Assembly: GCA_043754535.1 (NCBI GenBank)
Contig: JAYUUN010000015.1
Coordinates: forward strand, 1 to 58,106
Length of the DNA stretch: 58,106 nucleotides
Origin: Chloroflexota bacterium
Lineage (GTDB): Bacteria; Chloroflexota; Chloroflexia; QHBQ01
Direction: 5' to 3'
Shown: piece by piece, positions 39,256 through 48,179 of the stretch
Position numbering within the stretch: position 1 is the first letter of the stretch
Layout: each line of letters begins with the position of its first letter
Position numbers and translations under genes: made by a program
The notes under the pieces: model-generated
The model's input: the letters and a program-made list of their open reading frames with translations, nothing else
What the model was told of the DNA's origin: nothing
The model's database searches: none

Positions 39256-40226
39256 TAGTCCAGGATGTCGGCTAGCGAATGGTGCAGCGGGATGGTCGGC
39301 TGCCAGCCGGTTAGCTGGCGGAACTTGCGGCTGTCACAGACGATCAGTGGCACATCTACCGGGCGTAGGCGGCTGCTGTCAAGCTCGATAGCGACGCTTA
39401 CCTTACAGTAGTTGACCAGAGTATCTAGCACCGACTGGACACTGGCTGCCCTGTCGCTGCCGATGTTGTAGACCTCGCCCACCGCCCCCAGGGTAATCGC
39501 CAGGTAGTAGGCGCGTACCATATCGCGCACATCGGTGAAGTCGCGCTGGGCCGAGAGGTTGCCGACGCGGACGACCGGCTCCTGCTGCTCCCGCTCGATC
39601 AGGGCGATCTGGCGGGCGAAGCTGGCGGTCACGAAACGGTCGCTCTGCCCTGGGCCGATGTGGTTGAAGGGACGTACACGCACGAGGGGCAACTTGTAGG
39701 CCAGGTGGTATTGCAGGCCGAGCATATCGGTAGCGATCTTGCTCACCGCGTAGGGGTTCTCTGGGCGCATCTCCGTCTGTTCATCCACCGGGATGTCCTG
39801 GGGCAGCACGTGGCCGTACTCCTCGCTGCTACCAACTACCAGAGTGCGTGGCGCAGCCTCTCCATACTCGCGCAGGGCTTCCAGCAGGTTGAGGGTGCCA
39901 GCGATATTGTTGGCTATCGTCTCTCCCGGCTGGCTGATCGACTCGCGCACCGAGGTCAGGGCGGCCAGGTTGAAGATGTAGTCGGGCTGTAGCTGCCCCA
40001 CCGCTGCCCCCAGCGAGTCGGCGTTCTGCAAGTCGGCACTAACCGTCTGAATGCGCTCACCGTAGCTGGCGAAGCGAGTGCGCAGGCGACCCTCCCCCTC
40101 TGCACTGCGGCTGACCAGGCAAAGTGACCAGTCAGTGCTAGCCAACAGGTAATCGGCCAGGTGCAGGCCAACGAAGCCGTTAGCCCCGGTAATCATGGCA
40201 GTCTGTTTGGGCGCAGAGTCGGGCAG
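39237..40226 (-). CDS. GDP-sugar dehydratase/reductase (Gmd/Rmd-like SDR)
   Basis: ITGANGFVG, SSEEYG, NPYAVSK and FNHIGPGQ motifs; probable CTG start at 40226 (first ATG 40196). Confidence 0.8.
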   Translation of the reverse strand: MPDSAPKQTAMITGANGFVGLHLADYLLASTDWSLCLVSRSAEGEGRLRTRFASYGERIQTVSADLQNADSLGAAVGQLQPDYIFNLAALTSVRESISQPGETIANNIAGTLNLLEALREYGEAAPRTLVVGSSEEYGHVLPQDIPVDEQTEMRPENPYAVSKIATDMLGLQYHLAYKLPLVRVRPFNHIGPGQSDRFVTASFARQIALIEREQQEPVVRVGNLSAQRDFTDVRDMVRAYYLAITLGAVGEVYNIGSDRAASVQSVLDTLVNYCKVSVAIELDSSRLRPVDVPLIVCDSRKFRQLTGWQPTIPLHHSLADILDYWRSKV

Positions 40227-40363
40227 GGTGGTTGCTCCTTAGCAGGAAAGTTGAGCCATTATAACACATCATGGGCTGGTTTGGCGTGAGGAGACCAGGT
40301 GACGAGGCTGGGCAGAGCATGACGGGAGGCAGGCAAGCCGCCTGCCCCCTTCACCGCTATGGG

Positions 40364-41626
40364 CTAGAGTTGCTGGGCCAACTCCGTCTGGTTAACACCA
40401 TTGCTGGCTGCCAGACCCGACTCGGCGCGCAGGGTGGCCGCCTTGTCGACGTTCTCCCAGGGCGCGTCAATGTCGGTGCGGCCAAAGTGACCGTAGGCCG
40501 CAGTCGCCTTGTAGATCGGGCGGCGCAGGTTGAGGTCGCGGATGATCGCGCCGGGCCGCAAGTCAAAGTGCTTGTTGATCAACTCGACGATCTTCTCGTC
40601 CGCCACTTTGCCAGTGCCGTAGGTCTCGACCGCAATGGAGATCGGGTGGGCCACCCCGATGGCGTAGCTCAGTTGCAGTTCGCAGCGGTCGGCTAGGCCA
40701 GCCGCCACCAGGTTCTTGGCGACGTAGCGGGCAGCGTAGGCAGCCGAGCGGTCAACCTTGGTCGGGTCCTTGCCAGAGAACGCGCCGCCGCCGTGTCGGG
40801 CGATCCCACCATAGGTGTCTACGATGATCTTGCGGCCTGTCAGACCAGCGTCGCCCATCGGCCCACCGACCACGAAGCGGCCAGTTGGGTTGATGAAGTA
40901 GCGCGTCTTGTCGTCAATCAGGCTGGCATCAACCACCTCACCAATCACGAACCGCTTAATGTCGCTCTCAAGCTGAGCGTGGCTCACGTACTCGTCGTGC
41001 TGGGTGCTGACCACGATAGCGTCTACGCGGGCGGCCTGCCCATGGTGGTACTCAACCGTCACCTGGGCTTTGCCGTCAGGCCGCAGGTAGGGGAGCTTGC
41101 CGTTCTTGCGAACCTCGGCCAGCTTGCGGCAGAGCTTGTGGGCCAGGGAGATGGTCAGCGGCATATACTCTGGCGTTTCATTGCAGGCAAAACCGATCAT
41201 CATACCCTGGTCGCCTGCGCCAACCGCTTCGACCTCAGCCTCGCTCATCTCGCCAGCTTTCGCTTCGAGGGCGCGATCCACCCCTTGCGCGATGTCGCCG
41301 CTCTGCTCCTTGATGCTGACCAGCACACCGCAGGTCTGGTAGTCAAAGCCATGATCGGTGTGTGTGTAGCCAATATTCTTGATCGTGCTACGCACCAGGG
41401 TGGGGATGTCCACGTAGGTGCTGGTGGTGATCTCGCCGAAGACGAGGACGAGGCCAGTGGTGGCTGCTGTCTCACAGGCAACGCGCCCACGGGGGTCGTT
41501 GGCGAGGATTGCATCTAGCACCGCATCGGAAATCTGATCACACAGCTTATCGGGATGCCCCTCTGTCACCGACTCGCTGGTGAGGAATACCTGGGGCGAA
41601 CTGTAGAACGTTGTAGAACTGCTCAT
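40364..41626 (-). CDS. metK: S-adenosylmethionine synthetase
   Basis: [17 protein letters not shown] and GGGAFSGKD signatures. Confidence 0.97.
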   Translation of the reverse strand: MSSSTTFYSSPQVFLTSESVTEGHPDKLCDQISDAVLDAILANDPRGRVACETAATTGLVLVFGEITTSTYVDIPTLVRSTIKNIGYTHTDHGFDYQTCGVLVSIKEQSGDIAQGVDRALEAKAGEMSEAEVEAVGAGDQGMMIGFACNETPEYMPLTISLAHKLCRKLAEVRKNGKLPYLRPDGKAQVTVEYHHGQAARVDAIVVSTQHDEYVSHAQLESDIKRFVIGEVVDASLIDDKTRYFINPTGRFVVGGPMGDAGLTGRKIIVDTYGGIARHGGGAFSGKDPTKVDRSAAYAARYVAKNLVAAGLADRCELQLSYAIGVAHPISIAVETYGTGKVADEKIVELINKHFDLRPGAIIRDLNLRRPIYKATAAYGHFGRTDIDAPWENVDKAATLRAESGLAASNGVNQTELAQQL

Positions 41627-41970
41627 GAAGGTTGACACTTCCCTTTCTGTTAGGGTGGCTAAGAGTTGATAAGTGGGTGGCAGTAGGTGCCACTGGGGTC
41701 GCCGTAGTTGCAAGGCTGTAGTCACCAAGCTTTGCTTGCTTATTGCCAAACTTACCTGATAAAAAGCTGATCACCTGAAGCAACACAGCCAAACCCGCCC
41801 ATACTGCCCCAGCGGTTGCAGCATTGTTGTAGCGATCAAGGTTGATAGTAGGAGCTATCAATATAGATAATGATCGTCCTGAAGCCAAGCCAGACTGCGT
41901 TGTTCTTCTATCCATGTGGGTGGCCGCGAGAGGTGACCCATTCGTTTCTGACCTGTCCACCACTCATGGC

Positions 41971-42008
41971 AAACAAATAGCCGCTTCCAAAGTAAAGGAA
42001 GCGGCTGA
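41971..42008 (-). terminator. Intrinsic terminator of SAM riboswitch expression platform
   Basis: Minus strand agccgcttcc...ggaagcggct followed by atttgttt. Confidence 0.75.
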
Positions 42009-42031
42009 CACGATCTATGGCTGGCACGCAT

Positions 42032-42135
42032 CCCTTATCTTACCTCGCAAGCCTGCGAGATCGGAGTTGGCACCTGGGCTTACGCCTGGTTGTCGGGTTT
42101 CATCGGGCCGGTTCCCTCCACCCTCTGGATAAGAG
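42032..42135 (-). ncRNA. SAM-I (S-box) riboswitch upstream of metK
   Basis: Minus strand CTTATCCAGAG-GGTGGAGGGAACCGGCCCGATGAAACCCGACAACC...GGTGCCAACTCC...GATAAG fits the S-box consensus; upstream of metK. Confidence 0.92.
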
Positions 42136-42161
42136 CATAACTGCTTATTCACTTAGCGGCA

Positions 42162-42191
42162 ATTATAGCCCATTGCCCGCCCGCTTGTCAA
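42162..42191 (-). promoter_or_regulatory. Sigma70 promoter of SAM riboswitch-metK
   Basis: TTGACA-18nt-TATAAT on minus strand. Confidence 0.7.
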
Positions 42192-42302
42192 ACCTGGATA
42201 GCCTGCTAAGGACGCACACTTGCTTGCAGCAACCACCGGATGCTTAGAAGGAGAGCAGTGCGAGAACTGATAATTGGTAACAGGTGATGCAAGCCAACTG
42301 CA

Positions 42303-42998
42303 TCAGATTGCGATTGGGTGGCGCACTGCTAGCAGTCGGTGATAGCCGACCGCCTCGATCTTATCCTTAACCACCACGTTGCCGCCCTCACCCCAGGTGA
42401 ACTCAGCGGTGGCTAGCTGGTAGGTAGCATCACCGACGATGATCTCGTCGTGGCTGCCAATATCTTCCAGGTGGGCTGCGACATTGAGTGCGTCCCCAAT
42501 CACGCCAGTAGCCTGGCTACCTGCCCCTAGTGCGCCGATCATCAGCAGCCCAGTGTTGACCCCGATGTGTAGGGAGATGGGGTTGGGCAGTGTCTCTGCG
42601 AACTCTGTATTGAAAGCCGAAATCTGAACTAGCATATCGAGGGCGCATTGCAGGGCGCGGCTGGGGTCGTCAGGTTGGCTCTCTGGCAGGCCGAACAGAA
42701 CCAGCATTGCATCACCTATATACTTGTCCACCATGCCGCCCGCTTGCTGCACTGAACTCGCCAGCTTCTCAAAGGCCGCGTTGATCAGCAACGTTACCTG
42801 CTCTGGGTCAAGCCGCTCGGCCATACTGGTGAAACCCTTGATGTCGGCCAGCAGGATGGTGGCTAGCCTGCGCTCACCGCTTGTCCGCTGGAGGAGCGGC
42901 ATTGTGCCACGCTTGTTCTCCTGCGGCAGGCGTGCGCCACAGTCGCCGCAGAAGCGTTGTTCGTTCTCGCTTGTGGTTCCACATTCTGGACAGATCAT
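42303..42998 (-). CDS. Zinc-ribbon + class III adenylate/guanylate cyclase domain protein (stand-alone, degenerate)
   Basis: CPECG..FCGDCG ribbon; ADIKGFT, DKYIGDA, GVNTG and GDALNVAAHL motifs. Confidence 0.85.
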   Translation of the reverse strand: MICPECGTTSENEQRFCGDCGARLPQENKRGTMPLLQRTSGERRLATILLADIKGFTSMAERLDPEQVTLLINAAFEKLASSVQQAGGMVDKYIGDAMLVLFGLPESQPDDPSRALQCALDMLVQISAFNTEFAETLPNPISLHIGVNTGLLMIGALGAGSQATGVIGDALNVAAHLEDIGSHDEIIVGDATYQLATAEFTWGEGGNVVVKDKIEAVGYHRLLAVRHPIAI

Positions 42999-43100
42999 CG
43001 CTCACCTCCGCTCGCCTTCTAGTCCTCTGCATAGCAAGAAGCGGCGCACCATTGCACGCCACCTGACCTACAACGAAGCAGGGGCTATTTTGTTGCGTGT

Positions 43101-44270
43101 TCAGATGCGGAACTTGAAGCCGCTGAGTGGCTGGTTCGCCGCAATGCCCTTACCCTGGATCAGCACGCCAAAGCTGCCGAGGCCGCCCGGCTCGATCAGC
43201 TTGAGCAGGGCGGCCCGCTGGCGCAGGTACTCCTCGTTGCTGAGGCCCGCCGTCTGCAAGGCTTGCACGCGGTCGCCCAGGCCGAGGCTGAGCAGGAAGG
43301 CCGCCTGGTTGGTCAGGCCCAGCGTCTGCAAGCCATGGGCTTCACCTGCCAGTTGCAGGCTGGTGAAGTCTACGTGGCTAGTCAAGTCCTGGCTGCCCAG
43401 GTGAGCAAAAGGGTTGTCGCTAACTGTGTGCTGATAGTAGCCGAGCAGCGTGCCGTTGGTGCGTGCGGGGGCGTAGAGTTTGCTGGCTGGGTAGCCATAG
43501 TCTATGGTGATCACATACCCGCTATCCAATACGCGGGCAACTTCAGCGATCCAGTCTAGCGCAGCAAGGTTGACTTCTGCCCTGTTGCCCGGCGGGATTG
43601 TGATACCCAGCCGCTCAAAGTAGTGGTGCAGGCGGGGGGTGCTGAGGGGACCAGCAATCAGCTTCAGCTCTGGCGAGCGTAGATCGCTAAAATCCTCAAG
43701 CGTAACATACTCCTCAAGTAGAGTGCCACCTTCGCCCCCAACTACGCGGTGGACAGGGAAAGCGTCCGGCAGTTCGTTGGTCAGGTACACACCTGTAACG
43801 GGCAGTTGCTCGCAGCTAGGGAGTGGGTCGCTAAACTGCACAGGATGATCCGCCAGTAGAGCTTCTTGCTGTGCTTTTAGATCATCACTGATCTCTCTTA
43901 TCTCGTAAGTGGTAGTAGCATAGGTAGCAGAATAGCTGCGCTTGAGTTCATCCAGGATTGCCAGTGCCATTGTGCCTGTACCGGCTCCTTGCTCAATCAA
44001 CCAGAACTCGGTGGGCAGGCCCAGTAGCTCCCAGCATTCCGCTAGCTGCTTCGCTAGAAGCTGACCAAAGGTAGGTGACAGGTTGGGGCTGGTATAAAAA
44101 TCGGCCCCACCAAAGCCGATCTTAGAGCCAGGGCTGGTGTAGTAGCCGTAAGCCAAATCGTAAAGCACAACTTGCATGAAGTGGGCGAAGGTGATACGCT
44201 GATCGGGGCTGTGCTTGATCTGCTCAGCGATTCGCCCTAGCAGTTCGCGGCTGCGGGTCTGCTCGTCCAT
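43101..44270 (-). CDS. SAM-dependent methyltransferase, MidA/NDUFAF7 family
   Basis: GYY..., DFYTSP, EQGAGTG, NELPDAFP, IDYG and QDLTSHVDF motifs. Confidence 0.9.
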   Translation of the reverse strand: MDEQTRSRELLGRIAEQIKHSPDQRITFAHFMQVVLYDLAYGYYTSPGSKIGFGGADFYTSPNLSPTFGQLLAKQLAECWELLGLPTEFWLIEQGAGTGTMALAILDELKRSYSATYATTTYEIREISDDLKAQQEALLADHPVQFSDPLPSCEQLPVTGVYLTNELPDAFPVHRVVGGEGGTLLEEYVTLEDFSDLRSPELKLIAGPLSTPRLHHYFERLGITIPPGNRAEVNLAALDWIAEVARVLDSGYVITIDYGYPASKLYAPARTNGTLLGYYQHTVSDNPFAHLGSQDLTSHVDFTSLQLAGEAHGLQTLGLTNQAAFLLSLGLGDRVQALQTAGLSNEEYLRQRAALLKLIEPGGLGSFGVLIQGKGIAANQPLSGFKFRI

Positions 44271-45190
44271 CAGCCCCCCCGATAGTTGCGGCCCGGCCAG
44301 GCAAGGACGAAGACGCGGTAGTTGTTGTAGAAGATTTCTCCTTCGCAGGGCAGCGTCTTGCCATCGGGGGCGAACTCCAGGTTGATCGCGCAGTGTTCGA
44401 TCTGGTTGCTGCCCGCCAGTAGTACGCTGGTGGCAGGGTGGCGGAAGGGGATCAGGGTGCCAGCACTAATGTAGCCGCGGTTGAAGCGGCGCAGCGCGGG
44501 CGAGGTGACGGCGTACCTGACCGCCAGCAGTGGCTCCCCAGCGTTGATGCTGCTGCCGAGATCGGGGCGGGTTTCGAGGCCGAGCAGAGCGACTGGGGCA
44601 GCGTGCGTCTCCACAAAGCGGCGGGCGGTGGCCTCAAAGCTCGCGCTATAGCTTTTTGCCAGCTTGCGAATGGTACGGATGCTGATCGCATAGTCGCTCG
44701 CCTCCGCCGCGAAGTGATCGCCCTGGAAGGCACACTCCTGGGCGAACCAGTTGGCTTCGCGCTCAAAGCCCGCCAGCGTATCCCCGCTGAGGTCGAGTTC
44801 GGTGCATTTGCACAAGATCGCCTGCTGCCAGCTGATCAGGTAGTGGCCCAGTTCGTGGAAGGTGCAGAAGCGGCGCGGTTCGGGGGTGAGGGTAGCGTGC
44901 GTGTAGACGACGCGATCCTGGCTGTCGAGGATACCACGCACCTTGAGGTCGAGATCCATGCGGGCGAGGCGTTGGCGTTGCGCGGTATCCTTTGCAGACT
45001 CGCGCTTGCCGGGGGTGAGCGGTGGGGCCATGTCGGAGAAGGTGAAGGTCTCGGCGGCCAGTTTGCAGAAGGCTAGCAGGCGGTCGGTCGGCGTGGGTGG
45101 GCCACTAACCGCGCACTCAAGCAACAGTTTGCGAGCAGTTGCCTGCACATCGGCGCGTACTTGCTTCAGTTCGGCAGCGTTGGCTGACAT
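44270..45190 (-). CDS. ImmA/IrrE family metallo-endopeptidase
   Basis: RRFCTFHELGH...EREANWFA, ASFEATARR helix, C-terminal extension (GAF-like by inference). Confidence 0.85.
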   Translation of the reverse strand: MSANAAELKQVRADVQATARKLLLECAVSGPPTPTDRLLAFCKLAAETFTFSDMAPPLTPGKRESAKDTAQRQRLARMDLDLKVRGILDSQDRVVYTHATLTPEPRRFCTFHELGHYLISWQQAILCKCTELDLSGDTLAGFEREANWFAQECAFQGDHFAAEASDYAISIRTIRKLAKSYSASFEATARRFVETHAAPVALLGLETRPDLGSSINAGEPLLAVRYAVTSPALRRFNRGYISAGTLIPFRHPATSVLLAGSNQIEHCAINLEFAPDGKTLPCEGEIFYNNYRVFVLAWPGRNYRGG

Positions 45191-45202
45191 AGGCTCGGCT
45201 CC

Positions 45203-45598
45203 CTACCTGGCTTGCCGCTTGAAGCGCAGGAAGTTGACGAACTCCTGCACTTCTTCGATCTCCTCTGCGTCGAGGTCGGCCACCAGATTGAAGGCGGCTT
45301 GGCGTGGTCCCTCTACGGCAGATTGCGCGGGCATCAGGTAGCCTGCCTTGTTCATCAGGCTCTCATAGCTGACGCTGTAGACCTCGGCCAGCAGTTGCAG
45401 GTTGCGGGGGGATGGCTGCTCTACGTAGCCGTTCTCCAACTGGCTGAGATAGCTGTTAGAGATGGTAGTGCGAGCCTCTACGTCGCGCAGGGTCATGCCC
45501 CTCTGCTTGCGTAGTTCGCGCAACGAGGCACCTAGGCTATCGGTGGCTAGCTCTGCCCCATGTTGCTGTCCGCTGGTTGCCCTGGTCACGGCAATCAC
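45203..45598 (-). CDS. XRE-family HTH transcriptional regulator
   Basis: LRELRKQRGMTLRDV...ISNSYLSQLENG...PS...LAEVY. Confidence 0.9.
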   Translation of the reverse strand: MIAVTRATSGQQHGAELATDSLGASLRELRKQRGMTLRDVEARTTISNSYLSQLENGYVEQPSPRNLQLLAEVYSVSYESLMNKAGYLMPAQSAVEGPRQAAFNLVADLDAEEIEEVQEFVNFLRFKRQAR

Positions 45599-45652
45599 CC
45601 CTCTCCACTAGCTGCTCATTCTGCCAAACACTACGCCCTAATCTACCCTCTT

Positions 45653-45681
45653 ATTTTAGCACAAAATGCCCCCGAATGCAA
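45653..45681 (-). promoter_or_regulatory. Sigma70 promoter of xre-immA operon
   Basis: TTGCAT-17nt-TAAAAT with TGn extension on minus strand. Confidence 0.55.
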
Positions 45682-45740
45682 GCGTTCTGCCCTATTTAGC
45701 AAAACACGCGCAATTCCAGTTTGGCAAACAGGAAAAGTGC

Positions 45741-45769
45741 TTGACAAAACAAGCAAGTTATGTTATGAT
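45741..45769 (+). promoter_or_regulatory. Divergent sigma70 promoter for 45914 gene
   Basis: TTGACA-17nt-TATGAT. Confidence 0.7.
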
Positions 45770-45913
45770 TATGGTGATGAGAGAAGCGCAGCAAGCAGCG
45801 GAGCGTGGCTTACGCTCCAGCCAGATGGTACAAGCCCAGTCCAGATGTGGCACGATCCTTGCCTTAGCAGATGTAGTAGGGGCGGGGCTGGGCGTTACGA
45901 AAGGAGTTGTGCG

Positions 45914-46243
45914 ATGTTGCAGGTTCAGATGAGCAAGCAGATGATCGGGGTTGAGCAACCTTTGCGCGATGCGAAGCCCAGCCTGGTGGCCGCTAGTGTT
46001 CTTGCCGCCATAGTCGTCAGCCTCAACGTGATGGCAGCTGCGATCCTCAGCCCGGCGGGTCTGCTGGTATTGCTGATCGCCCTGATGGTCGGCAATCTGC
46101 TACTTGGCGCGGCTCTCTACGCGGTGGTTGGCCGCAGGGAGGATCAGTCAGCAGAGCCAATCAACATCCGTCCTCTGGTGCGTTGGGCCGACCGCCAGCC
46201 AGCTTCCGCCAGCCAGTGGCCCGAACTGCGCGATGCAGCCTGA
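45914..46243 (+). CDS. Small two-TM membrane protein (hypothetical)
   Basis: AAGGAG RBS; two hydrophobic helices; followed by terminator. Confidence 0.65.
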   Translation: MLQVQMSKQMIGVEQPLRDAKPSLVAASVLAAIVVSLNVMAAAILSPAGLLVLLIALMVGNLLLGAALYAVVGRREDQSAEPINIRPLVRWADRQPASASQWPELRDAA

Positions 46244-46263
46244 AGTTATCTTGCTAACTATGC

Positions 46264-46295
46264 CGCCTCCTCCAAACAGAGGGGGCGTTTTGTTT
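46264..46295 (+). terminator. Rho-independent terminator
   Basis: cgcctcct...agggggcg followed by ttttgttt. Confidence 0.6.
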
Positions 46296-46436
46296 GCCAG
46301 CTTCTAGCCTTGCCTGCTCCTTATTGCTTGCCGTATAATAAAAGTGGATGAAGGGGACTCTACGCCAGCCGTGGAGTTCTTCTTCTGTTAGGGTAGGCAC
46401 TCTCTACCAGAAGCGAGATCAGCAAGGAGACAAAGG

Positions 46437-48101
46437 ATGAATGATGCTGTTGGGCGGATCGGAGTTGAACACGGCCTCTGGCTGATGGTGGTTATTCTGG
46501 CCGTTGCGATCCTGACCAAGTACGTGCGCCTGCCCTACGCTATTGCCCTGGTCGTCACTGGGCTGGTGATCTCCCTGCTGCCCGACGACCTGACTGCCCC
46601 GCTACAACTCTCACTGACTAGCGACCTGATCCTCTTTATCTTTCTGCCACCACTGCTATTTGAGGGGGCGTACAACCTCAACTTCGGCCACCTGCGTGCC
46701 GACCTGGGCAGCGTCACCATCTTTGCTATCTTCGGCGTGCTGGCGACTGTGGGCCTGGTTGGGTTGTCCGTCCACTACCTGGTGGGGTTGGATTGGGCGG
46801 TGGCCTTCCTCTTTGGCGCAGTGGTAGCTGCCACCGACCCCATCGCGGTGCTGGCGACCTTCCGCCGTCTCGGTACTCCCACTCGTCTCAACACCATCGT
46901 CGAGGGCGAGAGCCTGTTCAACGACGGCACCAGCCTGGTTATATTTAGCATCATCCTCGGCGTAGTTGCCACCGGTCACTTCAGCTTTATAGCTGGGCTG
47001 GGCGAGTTCCTACAATTGACCGTTGGCGGGCTGGTAATCGGGGCGGCAATTGGCCTACTCTACCCCTTGCTGATGCACCGTGTAGACGATCACCTGGTCG
47101 AGACGGTGTTCACCATCGTGATCGCTTACGGCACCTATATTGTGAGCGAGTCGCTGCACGTCAGCGGGGTAATCGCGGTGGTGGTAGCTGGGCTGGTCGT
47201 TGGTAATGTGGGGGTGCCAGGCGTAATGTCGGCCTCTACTCGGATCGCAGTCAACTACACCTGGGATTTGCTTGGTTTCGTCGCCAACTCATTGATCTTC
47301 ATCCTGATTGGCCTGCAACTAAAGCCAGAGTTGTTCGACCGCTACTTCTGGCCGATCATGGTGGCAGCGGTCAGCACCTTGCTGGCCCGTGGGCTGGCGG
47401 TCTATGGCTTGCACTGGCTACTGATCCGCCCGCTAGCCCGCCCGATCCCCACCCGCTGGCTAGCGGTGATCACCTGGGGGGGATTGCGGGGGGCATTGGC
47501 TCTGGCGGCTGCTCTCAGCATCCCCACCAGCCTGCTGGGTGAGAGCCTGCGCGAGGAGTTGTTGGTGATGACTTATGGGGTGATCATCTTCTCTATGCTG
47601 GGCCAGGGTTTGAGCATGAATTGGGTGTTGGGGATAGTCGGCCTTCGCAACCAGGCCAGCCTGCGCCAGAGCAACTACGAACGGGCCTATGGCCGTTTGC
47701 AGAGCGTAGTGGCAGCCCGCCAGGCGTTGCAGAAGATGGCGGCTGACGATCAGGTTCACGACCACATAGCAGTGCAAATGCTGGCTGAGTATGCCACCCG
47801 CGAGCGCGACTTGCAGGCGCAGGTGCGCGAGTTGGAGGCTAGCGACGGGGTGCGGCAGGTGCAGGAGCAGGTAGTAGCCCGCCACCAACTGCTGTTGGTG
47901 GAGAAGATGACCTTGCAAACTCTGCTCACCCAGGGCAAGATTTCGCCAGAGGTGCAGCGCGAACTGCTGGGCGAGGTAGACAGCCAATTGCATGAGGTTG
48001 AGCAGCTTGAGCAGGGCCGCCTGACTCTACCGGCTCCACCGGGTGCGCCGCTCTTGGACAGCAAGCCTGACGGCCCGCTACCCGGGCAGATGAAGGGTTG
48101 A
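46437..48101 (+). CDS. Na+/H+ antiporter, CPA1 (NhaP/NhaG-like)
   Basis: LPPLLFE, ATDPIAV, EGESLFNDG and WGGLRG motifs. Confidence 0.92.
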   Translation: MNDAVGRIGVEHGLWLMVVILAVAILTKYVRLPYAIALVVTGLVISLLPDDLTAPLQLSLTSDLILFIFLPPLLFEGAYNLNFGHLRADLGSVTIFAIFGVLATVGLVGLSVHYLVGLDWAVAFLFGAVVAATDPIAVLATFRRLGTPTRLNTIVEGESLFNDGTSLVIFSIILGVVATGHFSFIAGLGEFLQLTVGGLVIGAAIGLLYPLLMHRVDDHLVETVFTIVIAYGTYIVSESLHVSGVIAVVVAGLVVGNVGVPGVMSASTRIAVNYTWDLLGFVANSLIFILIGLQLKPELFDRYFWPIMVAAVSTLLARGLAVYGLHWLLIRPLARPIPTRWLAVITWGGLRGALALAAALSIPTSLLGESLREELLVMTYGVIIFSMLGQGLSMNWVLGIVGLRNQASLRQSNYERAYGRLQSVVAARQALQKMAADDQVHDHIAVQMLAEYATRERDLQAQVRELEASDGVRQVQEQVVARHQLLLVEKMTLQTLLTQGKISPEVQRELLGEVDSQLHEVEQLEQGRLTLPAPPGAPLLDSKPDGPLPGQMKG

Positions 48102-48179
48102 GCCGTTGGTTGGCCTGGAACTTGCAGCTCAAGCCTCATCAACAGCAACTCACACCCGTTGACAAGGAGAGCCAAACAG

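Noticed and set aside
44270..46243. Prophage or ICE immunity region
   Set aside because: No integrase, excisionase, replication or structural genes nearby; flanks are housekeeping.
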